Assembly (NCBI GenBank): GCA_963848295.1
Contig: CAWKDB010000010.1
Location: 3,712,001-3,776,000, forward strand
Direction of reading: 5' to 3'
DNA: 64,000 nucleotides
Origin: an uncultured delta proteobacterium
Lineage (GTDB): Bacteria; Myxococcota_A; Polyangia; Haliangiales; Haliangiaceae
Below, one piece after another: positions 48,782 to 59,507 of the stretch. Under the pieces are notes generated by a model. The model searched no databases, was not told where the DNA came from, and was given only the letters and a program-made list of their open reading frames with translations. Numbering within the stretch: position 1 is the stretch's first letter; the number at the start of each line of letters is the position of its first letter. The position numbers and the translations under genes are program-made.

Positions 48782-49807
48782 CTAGAGCACCATGCGAATC
48801 GCAGCGTTGAGGCTGACCGCGGGCTCTTGCGACACCGTCGCTTGCACCGAGAGCTTGAGCTTCCACAAGTTGAGCTGAACGCCGCCGAACCCGCGCAGCA
48901 ACACGGGCGCGCCGGTGTTGCTGCCGTTGACCGTGATCGCCGACATCCCGACCTCGCGACCATCGCCCGTCTTGATGTCGCCGGTGAGGTTCGCGTTGAT
49001 CTTCGCGGTGCCGGTCGTGAAGTCGGCGCCGCCGCCGGCATAGACGCTGACGAGCTCGACGATCCGCAAGCCGGTCGAGATGTCGACCGGGACGGTGTAG
49101 GTCGTCGCTGCCAGGTTGAACGTGCCGGTGGAGGTCATCGTCAGATCCGCGCTGCCCTGCGAGCCGGTGATCGGCAGATCACTCGGGATCTGTTGCTCTG
49201 CGCCGAGCGTCCACTTCGTGTATTCGAAGCCGCTCGTCACGTCGACGCCGATCCAGCGCAGCGCGATCGCGGCACCGCCGTCGGCCTGCGGTTCGATCAA
49301 CCGATACTGCAAGTGAGCGCCAAAGCTCGTGAGGTGACCGCTGAGCTCGCTCGTCGCCGCCTTCTCGTAGAACCCGTTCGCGAACAGCGTCCAGCGCGGA
49401 TAGTCGAAGCCGCGCAGGTTCGTGCCGAGCATGATGCCGAAGTTCGGCGCGAGCCCTGCAGTCGGCTTGTCGGTGCCGGTCAGATAGTCCGGCGACGAGG
49501 CCGCGACGTTCGCCGCGACCCCGATCATGAAGTCGTGCGGCATCGACACGTAGTCGACGCCGAGCCCGCGGTTCGAGAACGACACCGCGTTCGCGAAGCC
49601 GCGCAGGAAGCCGCCGACGTTGTTCGTCTGGTAGATGTCGTTGACGTCCGACTGGATCTTGTTCGCGAGATCGCTCGGCTGCAACCCGAGCTGAGTCGCC
49701 AGAGCATTGCCATCGGGCGTGAGCGTGACGGTCACCGCCGATTGCGCGCGCGCCGCGGTCGACAGTGCCACCAGCGACGCGACGACCACGCACGAAGCTA
49801 AGCGCAT
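48782..49807 (-). CDS. Secreted/outer-membrane beta-barrel protein, Lsa36-like
   Basis: Signal peptide ending ARA; FANAVSFSNRGLGVDY; amphipathic beta strands up to the C-terminus. Confidence 0.6.
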   Translation of the reverse strand: MRLASCVVVASLVALSTAARAQSAVTVTLTPDGNALATQLGLQPSDLANKIQSDVNDIYQTNNVGGFLRGFANAVSFSNRGLGVDYVSMPHDFMIGVAANVAASSPDYLTGTDKPTAGLAPNFGIMLGTNLRGFDYPRWTLFANGFYEKAATSELSGHLTSFGAHLQYRLIEPQADGGAAIALRWIGVDVTSGFEYTKWTLGAEQQIPSDLPITGSQGSADLTMTSTGTFNLAATTYTVPVDISTGLRIVELVSVYAGGGADFTTGTAKINANLTGDIKTGDGREVGMSAITVNGSNTGAPVLLRGFGGVQLNLWKLKLSVQATVSQEPAVSLNAAIRMVL

Positions 49808-49819
49808 CTCGCCATCGTA

Positions 49820-51847
49820 TCAGAGAGTGCGGCGGATCCCTTCGCGCACCCCGACGCGGGGCGTCCAGCCGAGCAAGTCGTGAGCGCGCTCACTCTCGTA
49901 GTGCAGGCGGGCGAGCGCCGACTTGAGGCGATAGACCGCGACCGGGCTCTGGCGGCCGAGCGCGCCGAGCGGATACTCCGAGAGCTTGCCGAGCGCGAAG
50001 ATGATCGGGCGTGGGACTTTGATCACGCGCTTGCTACGGCCGGCGAGGCCGAGCACGTCGTCCTGCGTGAGCGTGTCGGGGTCGATCAGCTGGATCACTT
50101 CGCCGGCGACGAGCTGCTTGTCGATCGAAGCGACGATCGCGTCGACCACGTCATCGATGTAGACGAGCGGGAGCTCGATCCGGCCGTCGCCGAGCACGAG
50201 CCACCGTCCGCCTGCGTTGCGCGCGACCGCGCCGTTGATCAGCGGGATCCCGCCGCCGAAGATCTGACCGGGTCGCAAGATCACGCATGGCAACCCAGCC
50301 GCGGCGGCGTCGGCGACGAGCCGCTCGGCTTCGAGCTTCGCTCGGGTATACGCACCGCGCTCGTCGGCGCGTGGCTCGAGGGCCGCGCCTTCGCCGACCG
50401 GACCGTTGCCGGCCGAGCCCGCCCAGTCGATCACCGACATCGACGAGATGTGGACGAGCTGGTGGACGTGGTGCTGCTTGCACGCGTCGATCACGTTTTG
50501 CGTACCGACGACGGTGCCGCCTTTGTGATCGGGCCAGCCGCCCTTCATCGCGGCGCCGGCGTGGATCACGATTTCGGCACCCTTCACGGCGCGATCGACC
50601 GCGACCGGATCGCCGAGGTTGCCGAAGCAATACTCGACGCCCTCTTGCGGCTTCGCCGGGATGCGTCGGACGAACACCCGGACGCGATGGCCGTCTTTGC
50701 GCAAGCGTGCGACGACCGCGCGGCCGACCGAGCCCGACGCGCCGGTGACCAGAAATGGCACGCGGTCGGCGAGCGCGAACCGGGCGAGCGCCGCCGCGTG
50801 ATCGGCGTCGGCAGCGCGCGCGACCTTCTCGACCCAGCGCACGACCTGCGCGGCGTCATCGACCGACACCGGCGGTGGCTCGCCCGCGGCGAGCCGGCGA
50901 TAGAAATCGGTGACCAGATCGCGCAGGCCTTGGTACGACTGGACCTCTTTGCGCACGAACTTCCACACGCCGACCGGCACGTCGATCAGCGGCTGGATCG
51001 AATCCGCGAACGCGTTGACGAGCCGTTCGGCCGCCTTTGGCAGCGGCGTCGAAGACCGCTTGCCGTGGAACATCGCGAATAGATCGACGCGCAGCACGCC
51101 CTTCGTGCCGTGGATGATCATCTGCGACTGCATCGGCTTCGTGTTCCACGTCAGCTGGAACTGACCGAGGCCGCGCTCGCACCGGACGAGCGCACGCCAT
51201 TCGTCGAACGCGAGGTTCGGCTCCCCGCCGAGTGATTGCCACTCGGCTTCGACGTCGGTGATCGGCCCGAGCAGCTCTTGCACGAGGTACATGCAGTGCA
51301 CGCCGAGATCGCGAAACGGATAGCCGGCGTCGCGATACCACGGCGGCAACGGTCCGCCTTCGTACGGCGGATACTCCGAACCGCGCAGGATGTCGACCGA
51401 CACGATCGAGCCGAGCCCGCCGGCCTTGACCGAGTCGAGCGCCTTCTTGACCTGCGGATCGTAGAGCAGCGAGTGGTTGACGGTCGCGACGAGGCCTTTG
51501 CGCTTCGCGACCTCGCCGATCTCGCGCGCGGCGGCTTCGTCCTCGGCGATCGGCTTCTCGATCAGCACGTGACAGCCGCGTTCGAGCGCGGCGAGCGCGA
51601 CCTTCGCGTGCGCGGACGGCGGGGTCAGGACGTGGATCACGTTGGCGCCTGCGGCGACCAGCGCGTCTAGATCCTTGTACGCGGTCGTGCCCCACTTTTC
51701 GGCGTTCGCTTGCGCGCGCGCGACGTCGAGATCGGTGATCCCGACGAGCTCGACGTCGGGCGCGAGCTTCTTGACCGCGGCGACGTGGAACTCGCAGATG
51801 TTGCCGGCGCCGACCATGCCGGCCTTGAATTTCGCTGTCATCGTCAT
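49820..51847 (-). CDS. Gfo/Idh/MocA oxidoreductase fused to NAD-dependent epimerase/dehydratase
   Basis: N-half VGAGNI, HVLIEKP, DLGVH; C-half VTGASGSVG, HISS, YTRAK, LVYIDDV. Confidence 0.85.
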   Translation of the reverse strand: MTMTAKFKAGMVGAGNICEFHVAAVKKLAPDVELVGITDLDVARAQANAEKWGTTAYKDLDALVAAGANVIHVLTPPSAHAKVALAALERGCHVLIEKPIAEDEAAAREIGEVAKRKGLVATVNHSLLYDPQVKKALDSVKAGGLGSIVSVDILRGSEYPPYEGGPLPPWYRDAGYPFRDLGVHCMYLVQELLGPITDVEAEWQSLGGEPNLAFDEWRALVRCERGLGQFQLTWNTKPMQSQMIIHGTKGVLRVDLFAMFHGKRSSTPLPKAAERLVNAFADSIQPLIDVPVGVWKFVRKEVQSYQGLRDLVTDFYRRLAAGEPPPVSVDDAAQVVRWVEKVARAADADHAAALARFALADRVPFLVTGASGSVGRAVVARLRKDGHRVRVFVRRIPAKPQEGVEYCFGNLGDPVAVDRAVKGAEIVIHAGAAMKGGWPDHKGGTVVGTQNVIDACKQHHVHQLVHISSMSVIDWAGSAGNGPVGEGAALEPRADERGAYTRAKLEAERLVADAAAAGLPCVILRPGQIFGGGIPLINGAVARNAGGRWLVLGDGRIELPLVYIDDVVDAIVASIDKQLVAGEVIQLIDPDTLTQDDVLGLAGRSKRVIKVPRPIIFALGKLSEYPLGALGRQSPVAVYRLKSALARLHYESERAHDLLGWTPRVGVREGIRRTL

Positions 51848-53010
51848 CCTTTGGCTCGCTTGCGCGCTGCTATGTCGTCGACAGTTTGCGTCACCTGGGC
51901 CACGCGTGCATGCCACGTCTCCGAAATCATCGCCGCGGACCGCGCGACTCGGGCGGCTGGAGAATCACTCGCGAGCGCCGACTCGATCGCCGCGACCCAT
52001 TCGGCGCCGGTCGTCGCGATCGTCGCACCGTGCGCGGTGTAGCGCGCGACCTCGGGCACCGCCGTCGACACGACCGGCAGCCCGGCCGACAGATACTCGC
52101 GCAGCTTGAGCGGGTTGACGAACGTCATGCGCTCGTCGATGCGGTACGGGATCAAGCCGACCGAGAAGCCCTTGCAGTACGCGGGCAAGTCGCCGTGCGG
52201 ACGCTGACCGAGCAGGTGCACGTTCGGCAGACCGGCGAGCGCGGACATGTCGTCGAGCGCCTGGCCGATCAACGCGATCGTCCATTGCGGGCGCGCGCGG
52301 GCTATGTGCGCGATCAGCTCGGCGTCGACCCACGAGCGCAGCGTGCCGTAGAACCCGAGCCGAGGCCCGGGCAGCGCGGCGAGATCCGCGGGGATGCGGG
52401 TCGCGGGATCGAGCGCTCGTGCGAACAGCGCGTGATCGACGCCATGGGGCGAGACGTACGTGTTCGCGTTGACTGCACGCTTGGCTTCGGCGAGCGGCGC
52501 GTTGATCGCGAACACCGCGTCGACCTTCGCGAGCAGCGCGCGTTCGGCCGCGATCGTCTGCGCGCGATCGAGGTAACCGAACATCGACCACTCGTCGACG
52601 CAGTAGTAGACCGCGAGCGTCTCGCCGAGCGCGCCGACGTAGTCCGCGACGTTCGGCAAGAACGTCCACAGCTGGAACTCGCGGATGCCGAGGCGGAGGC
52701 GATAGGCGCGGATCGTCGCGCGCAGGATCTGGCGGTTGAGCGCGCGTGCCGCTGGCACGTGCGGCAGGGGCAACGCGAGCGGCGTCGCGACCCACAGGTC
52801 GTGCTCGACGTTGACCGGGCCCTTCGCGAACTCGACGAGCTTGCGGCGGATCTTGCCGAGATCGCGGCCGCTCGCGAGCGACGGCGTGCGCGTGGCGATC
52901 GAGTTCAGCCACAGCACGCGTCGCGTCTTCGCCAGCTCTTGCAACACGTGATGATTCGAGGTCGGGTCCTCGTGCCAGTCCTTCGCGAATGCGATGATCG
53001 GTGTAGGCAC
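51844..53010 (-). CDS. GT-B glycosyltransferase (GT4-like, TuaH-type)
   Basis: YYCVDEW, PHGVD, GFYGTL, NPLKLREYLSAGLPVVST; the real gene is only the last 388 aa of the 1468-aa track ORF. Confidence 0.85.
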   Translation of the reverse strand: MPTPIIAFAKDWHEDPTSNHHVLQELAKTRRVLWLNSIATRTPSLASGRDLGKIRRKLVEFAKGPVNVEHDLWVATPLALPLPHVPAARALNRQILRATIRAYRLRLGIREFQLWTFLPNVADYVGALGETLAVYYCVDEWSMFGYLDRAQTIAAERALLAKVDAVFAINAPLAEAKRAVNANTYVSPHGVDHALFARALDPATRIPADLAALPGPRLGFYGTLRSWVDAELIAHIARARPQWTIALIGQALDDMSALAGLPNVHLLGQRPHGDLPAYCKGFSVGLIPYRIDERMTFVNPLKLREYLSAGLPVVSTAVPEVARYTAHGATIATTGAEWVAAIESALASDSPAARVARSAAMISETWHARVAQVTQTVDDIAARKRAKG

Positions 53011-54573
53011 GTGTCGACACGCGAAGGTACCCGCCGCCTGGCACGGCTCGCAACCGCTGCGGCATGCGTCTGCGCGTGCTCGCGAAAGTCGCCGGGGCCC
53101 GCGCTCCAGCTCGTCGGCGAGACCGAGCGGCTCCGGAGCGGTGACACCGTGCCGGCGCGCTCGCCGTACTTCGATGGCACGCACGTGACGCTCGTGGCAG
53201 CGCGCGGCGAGACGATCGGACTCGAGGTCTTGCACCGCGGCGGCGGTGGCGTCGCGCTCGCGATCGATCGGGCCGTCGTCCGCGGCTTTGCAGTCACCCC
53301 GGTCCACGTCGCGACGGCTTCGACCGAGATGTATGGCGGCAGCCATGGCGCCGGCGATTATCCCGACGTGCTCGCGCCGGCGACCGGCGCGATCGCGACC
53401 GACCCAGCCTACTTCACGATCGCAGTCGCGCGCGATGCGGCGCCGGGGCCGACGCACGGCACGCTGACGGTCGGCGTTCGAACGTTCGACGTGACGCTCG
53501 CGATCTCGCCGGTGACGCTGCCGCCGTTGCCCGAGACCGTGTGGGCGTACTACGACCCGCGCGAGCTCGACTGGGCGAAGCTCGGCACGGGAACGTTCGA
53601 TCGAACCGCATCGCCATTCGGCGGTGCTGCCGGCCGGGGGCAAGCCCCGACCGTCGATGCGCCGTCGCCCGAGGAGCGCGCGTGCATCGCGATGTTCGCC
53701 GAGCGCGGCGTGTTGCTGTCGCCGGATCTGCCGATCGCCGCGTGGCCGGCGCGCAAGCAGCTCGTCACGACGCCGTTCGTGCCAGCGAGGATCTCCGACG
53801 ATCCGGCGCGCGTCGGCGATGACGTGCGCGCGTGGATCGCGGCGACCCAGGGCACCGGCCAGGTGCCGTTCGCGATCCCGATCGACGAACCGCATGGCGC
53901 CGAGGCGCTCGCGAGCGTCCGGGCGCTGGCGCAGTCGGTGCGAGCGGCGGGCGGAGGCGCGGGTCGCTTCGTGTATGCGGTGACCGCGGATCCGAGCGCC
54001 GAGCTCGGCGACGTCGACCTCGTGATCACGCCGAACGCGAAGCTCGCCGACACCGCGGTGCGCTGGACCTACAACGGCGCTCCGCCGCGAGCCGGCGCGA
54101 TGGTCGTCGACGCGGAGTCGCCGGGGCCACGGACCTGGGGCTGGATCGCGTGGCGCTATCACATCCCAGTCTGGTACGTGTGGGACGCGCTGTACTGGCA
54201 CGATCGCCACAACGCGAAGCGCGCGCACCAGCCGCTGCCGGGCCGCGCGCTCGACGCCGCGAGCGACGCGCGGAGCTTCGACGACGGCGAGGATCACGGC
54301 AACCTCGACGGCGTGCTCGCGATGCCGGGTGACGCGCAGCTGCCGTGCAAGCCGACGTTGCAGCTCGAGTCGCTGCGCCGTGGCCTCGAGGACCGCCAGC
54401 TGCTCGAGCTCGCGGCCGCGTGCGCGCCGGGTCCGACCGCCGAGCTCGCTGCCAAGCTCGTGCCTGCCGCGCTCGGCGACGCCGGCTCGGAGCCATCGTG
54501 GCCACGCGACGAAGCGGCGTGGGAAGCAGCACGCCGCGAGTTGCTCCGCCTCGCTACGCCGTGCGCGCACTGA
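53011..54573 (+). CDS. Lipoprotein with DUF4091/GH123-like glycoside hydrolase domain
   Basis: Lipobox-like CAC; LVAARGETIG, YPDVL, PIDEP, WRY...WYVW, NLDGVLAMPG, LESLRRGLEDRQLL; start uncertain. Confidence 0.7.
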   Translation: MSTREGTRRLARLATAAACVCACSRKSPGPALQLVGETERLRSGDTVPARSPYFDGTHVTLVAARGETIGLEVLHRGGGGVALAIDRAVVRGFAVTPVHVATASTEMYGGSHGAGDYPDVLAPATGAIATDPAYFTIAVARDAAPGPTHGTLTVGVRTFDVTLAISPVTLPPLPETVWAYYDPRELDWAKLGTGTFDRTASPFGGAAGRGQAPTVDAPSPEERACIAMFAERGVLLSPDLPIAAWPARKQLVTTPFVPARISDDPARVGDDVRAWIAATQGTGQVPFAIPIDEPHGAEALASVRALAQSVRAAGGGAGRFVYAVTADPSAELGDVDLVITPNAKLADTAVRWTYNGAPPRAGAMVVDAESPGPRTWGWIAWRYHIPVWYVWDALYWHDRHNAKRAHQPLPGRALDAASDARSFDDGEDHGNLDGVLAMPGDAQLPCKPTLQLESLRRGLEDRQLLELAAACAPGPTAELAAKLVPAALGDAGSEPSWPRDEAAWEAARRELLRLATPCAH

Positions 54574-54575
54574 CG

Positions 54576-57008
54576 TCACCGCGGGGTGTCGATGATCGTG
54601 ACCTGTTGGTGCCCGGGCGATGGCGCGATGTCGACCGTGGTGCAGCTGACATTGCAGAACCGATAGCGGCCGGGCGCCATCGCGATCGCCTCGGCGTGGT
54701 GAGCGTCGGAGCACGACGCGGACGGGCTCCACATCGATTCGCTGGTCGCGTCGGGCGCGGTGATCGTGATGCTCGTGCACGGCGCATCGGGCGTCGTGAT
54801 ATCGACGGTGACGGCGGCCGCCGGGAGCGCGAACTCGATCGACGTGGTGACGTTCGCGGCGACGTGCACCGCGATCGGCGGGACGATGACGGAGCTGGCC
54901 AGCGTCGCGACGTAGTCGCCGGGCGGGAGCTGCGCGATCGAGAACTCGCCGTTCATGACATGCGCGCTGTAGTCGTCGGCGCCCGATGACAGGTGAGCCC
55001 GGTAGATCTCGTCGGGGGTGCCGTTCGCGACGCTGCCGACGACCGTGCCGGTCGCCTCGAGCCGGAGCTCGATGTCGGTGGCGAGCTCGTAGTCGTGCAG
55101 CGGCCGGGGCAGGGCGAGCCCGCGATCGGGCTCGGAGGCGGCGATGGTCACATCGGCGAGGTCGTCGGGCAGCCCGCCGATCTCGAACCGACCTGCGGCA
55201 TCGGTGCGGCCGCCGCGGGTGCCGGCGAGCTCGCCGCGCAACGACACCTCGCTGACGCCGCGTGCGCTCGTGGCGATCGCGACGCTCGCTCCGACGACGG
55301 GTTGGCCCGCCGGATCGACGACGCGGCCGCGGGCGGTGCGGCCCGGCGTGACCTCGATGTCGCCGAGATCGACCGGTGCGCCGCCGGTGACCGCGACATC
55401 CTTGATCGTCTTGCGCTGGAACGACGGCCCGACGATCGACACGTGCCACGTACCGGGGCGAAGCCCGTCGCGCGTGAACCGCCCGTCCGACGCACGGACC
55501 GGATCGGGCGTGTCGTAGCTCGGATCGGGATCGGTGCTGACCACGACGCCGAAGTAGTCGACCGGTACGCCGTTCATCACGACGCGACCCACGACCGTCG
55601 CGGCATCGGGCACGACGAGCGCGACGTGGCGGTCGCCGCTGTGCGCATGCGCGCGCTGCTCTGGATCGCCTTGATCGCCGTCGCGCAGCGCGCTGAGCAC
55701 GTAGTCGCCGGGCGGCGACCCTTCGAGCTCGAAGTGGCCGAAGCCATCGGCCCTGGCGTAGAGGTCGGTCGGTCCAGTCGCGGTCACGAGCGCGTCGGCC
55801 ACCGGGTCGCCGTGCGAATCCTTGACGACGCCGGCGATGCCGGACTCGGTCACGACGAAGCGCACCTCGGCATGCCCACCGCGGTTCAGGGTCACGTGTT
55901 GGATCGGCGCACCGAACCGCTCGGCGTCGACGCGGATGTCGGTCGGCCCGGGGTCGAGCCCGGTGACCAGGAATCGACCGTGCTCGTCGGTGCTCGCTTG
56001 TCCATTGCCGGCGCCTACGTGGGCGTCGGCGACGGGCTTGCCGGTCGCATCGACGACGACGCCTCCGACCGTCGCGCCCTTCTCGACGCGAAGCACGACA
56101 TCGAGCTTCGGCTGCACTCCGTCGAGCGGCACGATGAGGTCGGGCGTCGCGATGTGCGTTCTCGAATATGCCGAGGCGACAATCTTGCCGGCGCCGAATC
56201 CGGTGACTTGCCAATGACCTTGCGCATCGCTGTCGACGCTGTCGTTCCACCTTCGGTTCGTCATCTCGATCGTCACGCGCGCGTCCGCGACTGGGACACC
56301 GGCTTCGTCGAGGACGACTCCGGCGACGAGCGCACTCGGCCCGAGCACGACGCGCTTGTCGACGACGCGCGTCGGATCGTCACCGGCCGCGACGATGACG
56401 CGGGTCGAGGCGAGCCCGACCGCGGTGATGTCGACCGGGTCATCGCCGAAATCCATCGCGCGCAACCGCACCGTGCCGCTCGCGTCGGTGAATGCATCCG
56501 AATGCTCGCTCGCCGAGATCTTCGCGCCGACGACGGGCGCGCCCGCGTGATCGACGACGTGGACCGCGACGGTGGGACCGATCCGCAACGTCAGGACCTC
56601 GAGCTCGGTGTTCGCGCGTAACGCGACGTCGTCTTCGCCGTACGCCGTGTCGCGCTCGCCGACTAGCTGGTAGTCGCCTGCTGCGAGGTTGTCGAATGCG
56701 AACGAGCCATCGCTCTCACTGGTCGTCGTCCGGTCGTGATCGAGCGTGATCGTCGCGCCCGCGATCGGCTGCTCCTTGTCATCGACCGCCTCGCCTTCGA
56801 GCCTCAGGTCGCCGGCGGTGACATGGATGTGCGCGTCGCGGGCGGCGGCGGCCGCTCTGACCGCGGCGGCGAGCGCGTTGTCTTCGTGGAGCTCGCCGCT
56901 GGTGGCAGACCGTGGCAGTTCCGCGCTCGGCTGGTCCGAGCGACCGCAGCGGGCATACGCGATCGCGGCGATGGCGACCGCGGTGAGGACGAGCGCGCGC
57001 CGTGGCAT
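54576..57008 (-). CDS. Membrane-anchored protein with tandem carboxypeptidase-regulatory-like (Cna-B-like) repeats
   Basis: N-terminal TM; about 7 GxVVDxxGxPVxxAxV...TDxxGxF repeats. Confidence 0.8.
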   Translation of the reverse strand: MPRRALVLTAVAIAAIAYARCGRSDQPSAELPRSATSGELHEDNALAAAVRAAAAARDAHIHVTAGDLRLEGEAVDDKEQPIAGATITLDHDRTTTSESDGSFAFDNLAAGDYQLVGERDTAYGEDDVALRANTELEVLTLRIGPTVAVHVVDHAGAPVVGAKISASEHSDAFTDASGTVRLRAMDFGDDPVDITAVGLASTRVIVAAGDDPTRVVDKRVVLGPSALVAGVVLDEAGVPVADARVTIEMTNRRWNDSVDSDAQGHWQVTGFGAGKIVASAYSRTHIATPDLIVPLDGVQPKLDVVLRVEKGATVGGVVVDATGKPVADAHVGAGNGQASTDEHGRFLVTGLDPGPTDIRVDAERFGAPIQHVTLNRGGHAEVRFVVTESGIAGVVKDSHGDPVADALVTATGPTDLYARADGFGHFELEGSPPGDYVLSALRDGDQGDPEQRAHAHSGDRHVALVVPDAATVVGRVVMNGVPVDYFGVVVSTDPDPSYDTPDPVRASDGRFTRDGLRPGTWHVSIVGPSFQRKTIKDVAVTGGAPVDLGDIEVTPGRTARGRVVDPAGQPVVGASVAIATSARGVSEVSLRGELAGTRGGRTDAAGRFEIGGLPDDLADVTIAASEPDRGLALPRPLHDYELATDIELRLEATGTVVGSVANGTPDEIYRAHLSSGADDYSAHVMNGEFSIAQLPPGDYVATLASSVIVPPIAVHVAANVTTSIEFALPAAAVTVDITTPDAPCTSITITAPDATSESMWSPSASCSDAHHAEAIAMAPGRYRFCNVSCTTVDIAPSPGHQQVTIIDTPR

Positions 57009-57021
57009 GACTCTAGCTGTC

Positions 57022-57047
57022 AACGCACGGCCCCCGGCGTAAGTTCC
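57022..57047 (-). promoter_or_regulatory. Candidate ECF sigma promoter
   Basis: Minus strand GGAAC-N17-CGTT, 13 nt above ATG 57008. Confidence 0.5.
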
Positions 57048-57144
57048 GATCGCACCGCAGCCATGTGGGCGGGTGTGAGATGGATCCCGCGGCGATGACA
57101 GCGCTCACGTAGAGGGAGTGGTCGGCCCGGGCTCGGTGGTTACG

Positions 57145-58020
57145 CTATTCGACGAGCACGGTGCCTGCGATCTTGCTCGTGCCGAGCTGGTCGATCGCCC
57201 GGCGGAGCTCGCGTGCCGTCGACTTGTGCGCTCGGAGGGCGAGCAACACGGCGTCGGCGGCATCGCTGATCAAGTTCATGTCGGCGGAGCCCAGCACCGG
57301 CGGCGCGTCGATCACGATGTGATCGTAGCCGAGCCGGAGGCGCTCCATCGCGATCGCGAACGCGGGTGCATCGAGTAGCTGCGACTTCTCGATGCGCGGG
57401 CTGATCGCGGCGACGTGGAGCCACAGTTGCGGGATCTCGACGAAGCTCCACGGCAACATCGGCTGATGGCGGTGCGCGGCGAGCTGCTCGTAGAAGCACC
57501 ACGGCGGGACGAGCCGAAACACGTTCGCGAGCTGCGGGCGAGCGACATGCGCTTCGGCGAGCAAGACCTTCGCGCGTCCGCACTCGGCGAGCGCGAGCGC
57601 GAGGTTGATCGCGGTGGCGGTCGTACCGTTGCCATCGGTCGGGCTCGACACGACGATGACTTGCGGCCGACCGAGCTCGAGCAGGTGATGACGCAACACG
57701 CGAAACGCCGCGGCGCGCTCGGAGTCGGGGTCGCCGACGAGCGTGAGTCGCGGGTCGAGCGGTTCGTCGGCGGGCAGGTGATGTTGGCTCAGCCCGATCT
57801 CGGGTGGCGGGCCACTCGGCAACACCGGAGCGCGCGGCGCGACCTCGTACGCGGCCTGGCGCACGAGCGCACCGGCGGCCCGGTCTTCGCGCATCTGCGG
57901 CATCGTCAGCTCTGGGTGCTCCGCCGGATCCATCTGCTGCGTGACGAGTGGCAGCGGCGCGGGCGCACGGCCCATCGGCTGCGGCACCTCGCCATATCGG
58001 CCAGTTCGCTTCTGGGTCAC
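57145..58020 (-). CDS. CpsD/CapB-family BY-kinase homologue, probably a pseudokinase
   Basis: [20 protein letters not shown] (Walker A Lys absent), [16 protein letters not shown]; no Tyr cluster. Confidence 0.82.
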   Translation of the reverse strand: MTQKRTGRYGEVPQPMGRAPAPLPLVTQQMDPAEHPELTMPQMREDRAAGALVRQAAYEVAPRAPVLPSGPPPEIGLSQHHLPADEPLDPRLTLVGDPDSERAAAFRVLRHHLLELGRPQVIVVSSPTDGNGTTATAINLALALAECGRAKVLLAEAHVARPQLANVFRLVPPWCFYEQLAAHRHQPMLPWSFVEIPQLWLHVAAISPRIEKSQLLDAPAFAIAMERLRLGYDHIVIDAPPVLGSADMNLISDAADAVLLALRAHKSTARELRRAIDQLGTSKIAGTVLVE

Positions 58021-59507
58021 GCGCGGTGCTTCCTGAGAGTCGCCGGTGGGATCACGGCCAACACGGCGATGCCCAGTTGATCGATATCGGCTCGGCGGTT
58101 GAGTCGATCATCGATGACCGCGAGGCCGATCGCAAGAGCGGCACCGATCGCCATGAACAGCGCGACGCCGGCCATCAAGAAGATCGTCTTGCCCGGGCCG
58201 GTCGGCCGTGCAGGCACGAACGCAGGATCGAGCGACGTCAGCACCGTGTTCTCTTGCTGATCGACGCCACCACCGCGTTGCCGGGCATCCATCTCGGCGA
58301 CGAACACGCTGTTCGAGAGCGCCGCGACGCGCTCGCGCTGTTCGTTCACCTGCCGGCGAAGCTCGGAAAACTCGGTCTCGAGGTTGACGACCCAGTTCGT
58401 GCTCGCCTCGGCCGCGGCGTTCGCGGCAGCAGCAGCGGGGCTGGAACTATTGCGCTTCTGCTCGTCGGCGATCTGACCATCGAGTGTGGCGAGCTCTCTT
58501 TGCAGCTTCGTGCGATCGGCGGGGGTCGTCGCGGCGATCTGAGGCTCGATCTCGGGAGGCGGGACCGCGGCCTGGGCGTGGCGGAGGCGCTGTTGCACCT
58601 CGGCGACGTGCTCCTGCGCCTTGATCACGGTCGGGTGCTTCTCGGTGTACTTGTTCGTCGCGTCCTCGAGGTCGCGAGTCGCGGCGGCCAGCTCGCGCTG
58701 CGCTTCGGCGACCGCTTGTTCGGCGAGCACGCGCTCGGGAGTCGCCGGCGCGACGACGCGGACTGGCTTGGCATCGGGCGGTGCGTCGAGCGCGCTTTGA
58801 ATCCTCTGGCGTTGCCGCTCGAGCGCGTACAGTCGCGCGTTGCCGGTCGGGACCGCCTTCTGATTGTGGAAGGCGCGGATCGACGCGCCTTCGCTCTGTT
58901 GATTTGGATCGGCGGCGAACTCCGGGTGCTTGGCCTGGAATTCGGCGAGCGCCTGCTCGCGGGTATGCAGCACGGCGGCGGCTTCTTCTTGCTGCGTCGT
59001 CGCGAAGTTCATCGCGGCGGTGACCTGCGCCTTGCGCAACGAGTTGTCCTTGTCGCGCAGGAGCTTCGCGAGCCTGTCGGTGACGTCCCGCGCGCGCTCC
59101 GGTATGGAGTCGCTATACGTGATGCGAAACGCGTTCGCGCCCTTGGGATCGAAGCGAATCGCGGTGCGCAGCTTCTCCACCGCGATCTCGGGATCCGTGC
59201 CCGGTGGAAACGGGTTGAGCTTCGGATCGTTGATGATCGGCAACAGCTGGGCGCGCGCGAACAACAGCTCGCGCAGTCGATCGCCGACGTTGCGCACCCC
59301 GATCTCGACGCGGTTCTGCACGACGCTGGCCTGCGATTGGTCGTCGTAGAGCAACGTCGACCACGACTGATAGACGCGGCCGCGGGTCATCGCAAACGCG
59401 AGCGACAGCCCGCCGCCCACGACCGTGAAGATCGCGACCAGCCACCAGTACGCGAACGCCTTGCGGCCGAGATCGACCAGCCCCTGCAGCCGGTCGCGGG
59501 GGGTCAC
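58017..59507 (-). CDS. Polysaccharide co-polymerase (Wzc/GumC N-terminal type)
   Basis: Two TMs flanking a long coiled coil; YTEKHPTV, P...PTGP, LAVIP; GTG 59507 overlaps the upstream stop (alternative ATG 59522). Confidence 0.82.
   Translation of the reverse strand: MTPRDRLQGLVDLGRKAFAYWWLVAIFTVVGGGLSLAFAMTRGRVYQSWSTLLYDDQSQASVVQNRVEIGVRNVGDRLRELLFARAQLLPIINDPKLNPFPPGTDPEIAVEKLRTAIRFDPKGANAFRITYSDSIPERARDVTDRLAKLLRDKDNSLRKAQVTAAMNFATTQQEEAAAVLHTREQALAEFQAKHPEFAADPNQQSEGASIRAFHNQKAVPTGNARLYALERQRQRIQSALDAPPDAKPVRVVAPATPERVLAEQAVAEAQRELAAATRDLEDATNKYTEKHPTVIKAQEHVAEVQQRLRHAQAAVPPPEIEPQIAATTPADRTKLQRELATLDGQIADEQKRNSSSPAAAAANAAAEASTNWVVNLETEFSELRRQVNEQRERVAALSNSVFVAEMDARQRGGGVDQQENTVLTSLDPAFVPARPTGPGKTIFLMAGVALFMAIGAALAIGLAVIDDRLNRRADIDQLGIAVLAVIPPATLRKHRA

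Noticed and set aside
53011..56250. N-terminal ~1080 aa of the 1468-aa track ORF 51844..56250
   Set aside because: Arg-rich off-frame/antisense shadow of two real genes; only 51844-53010 has glycosyltransferase motifs
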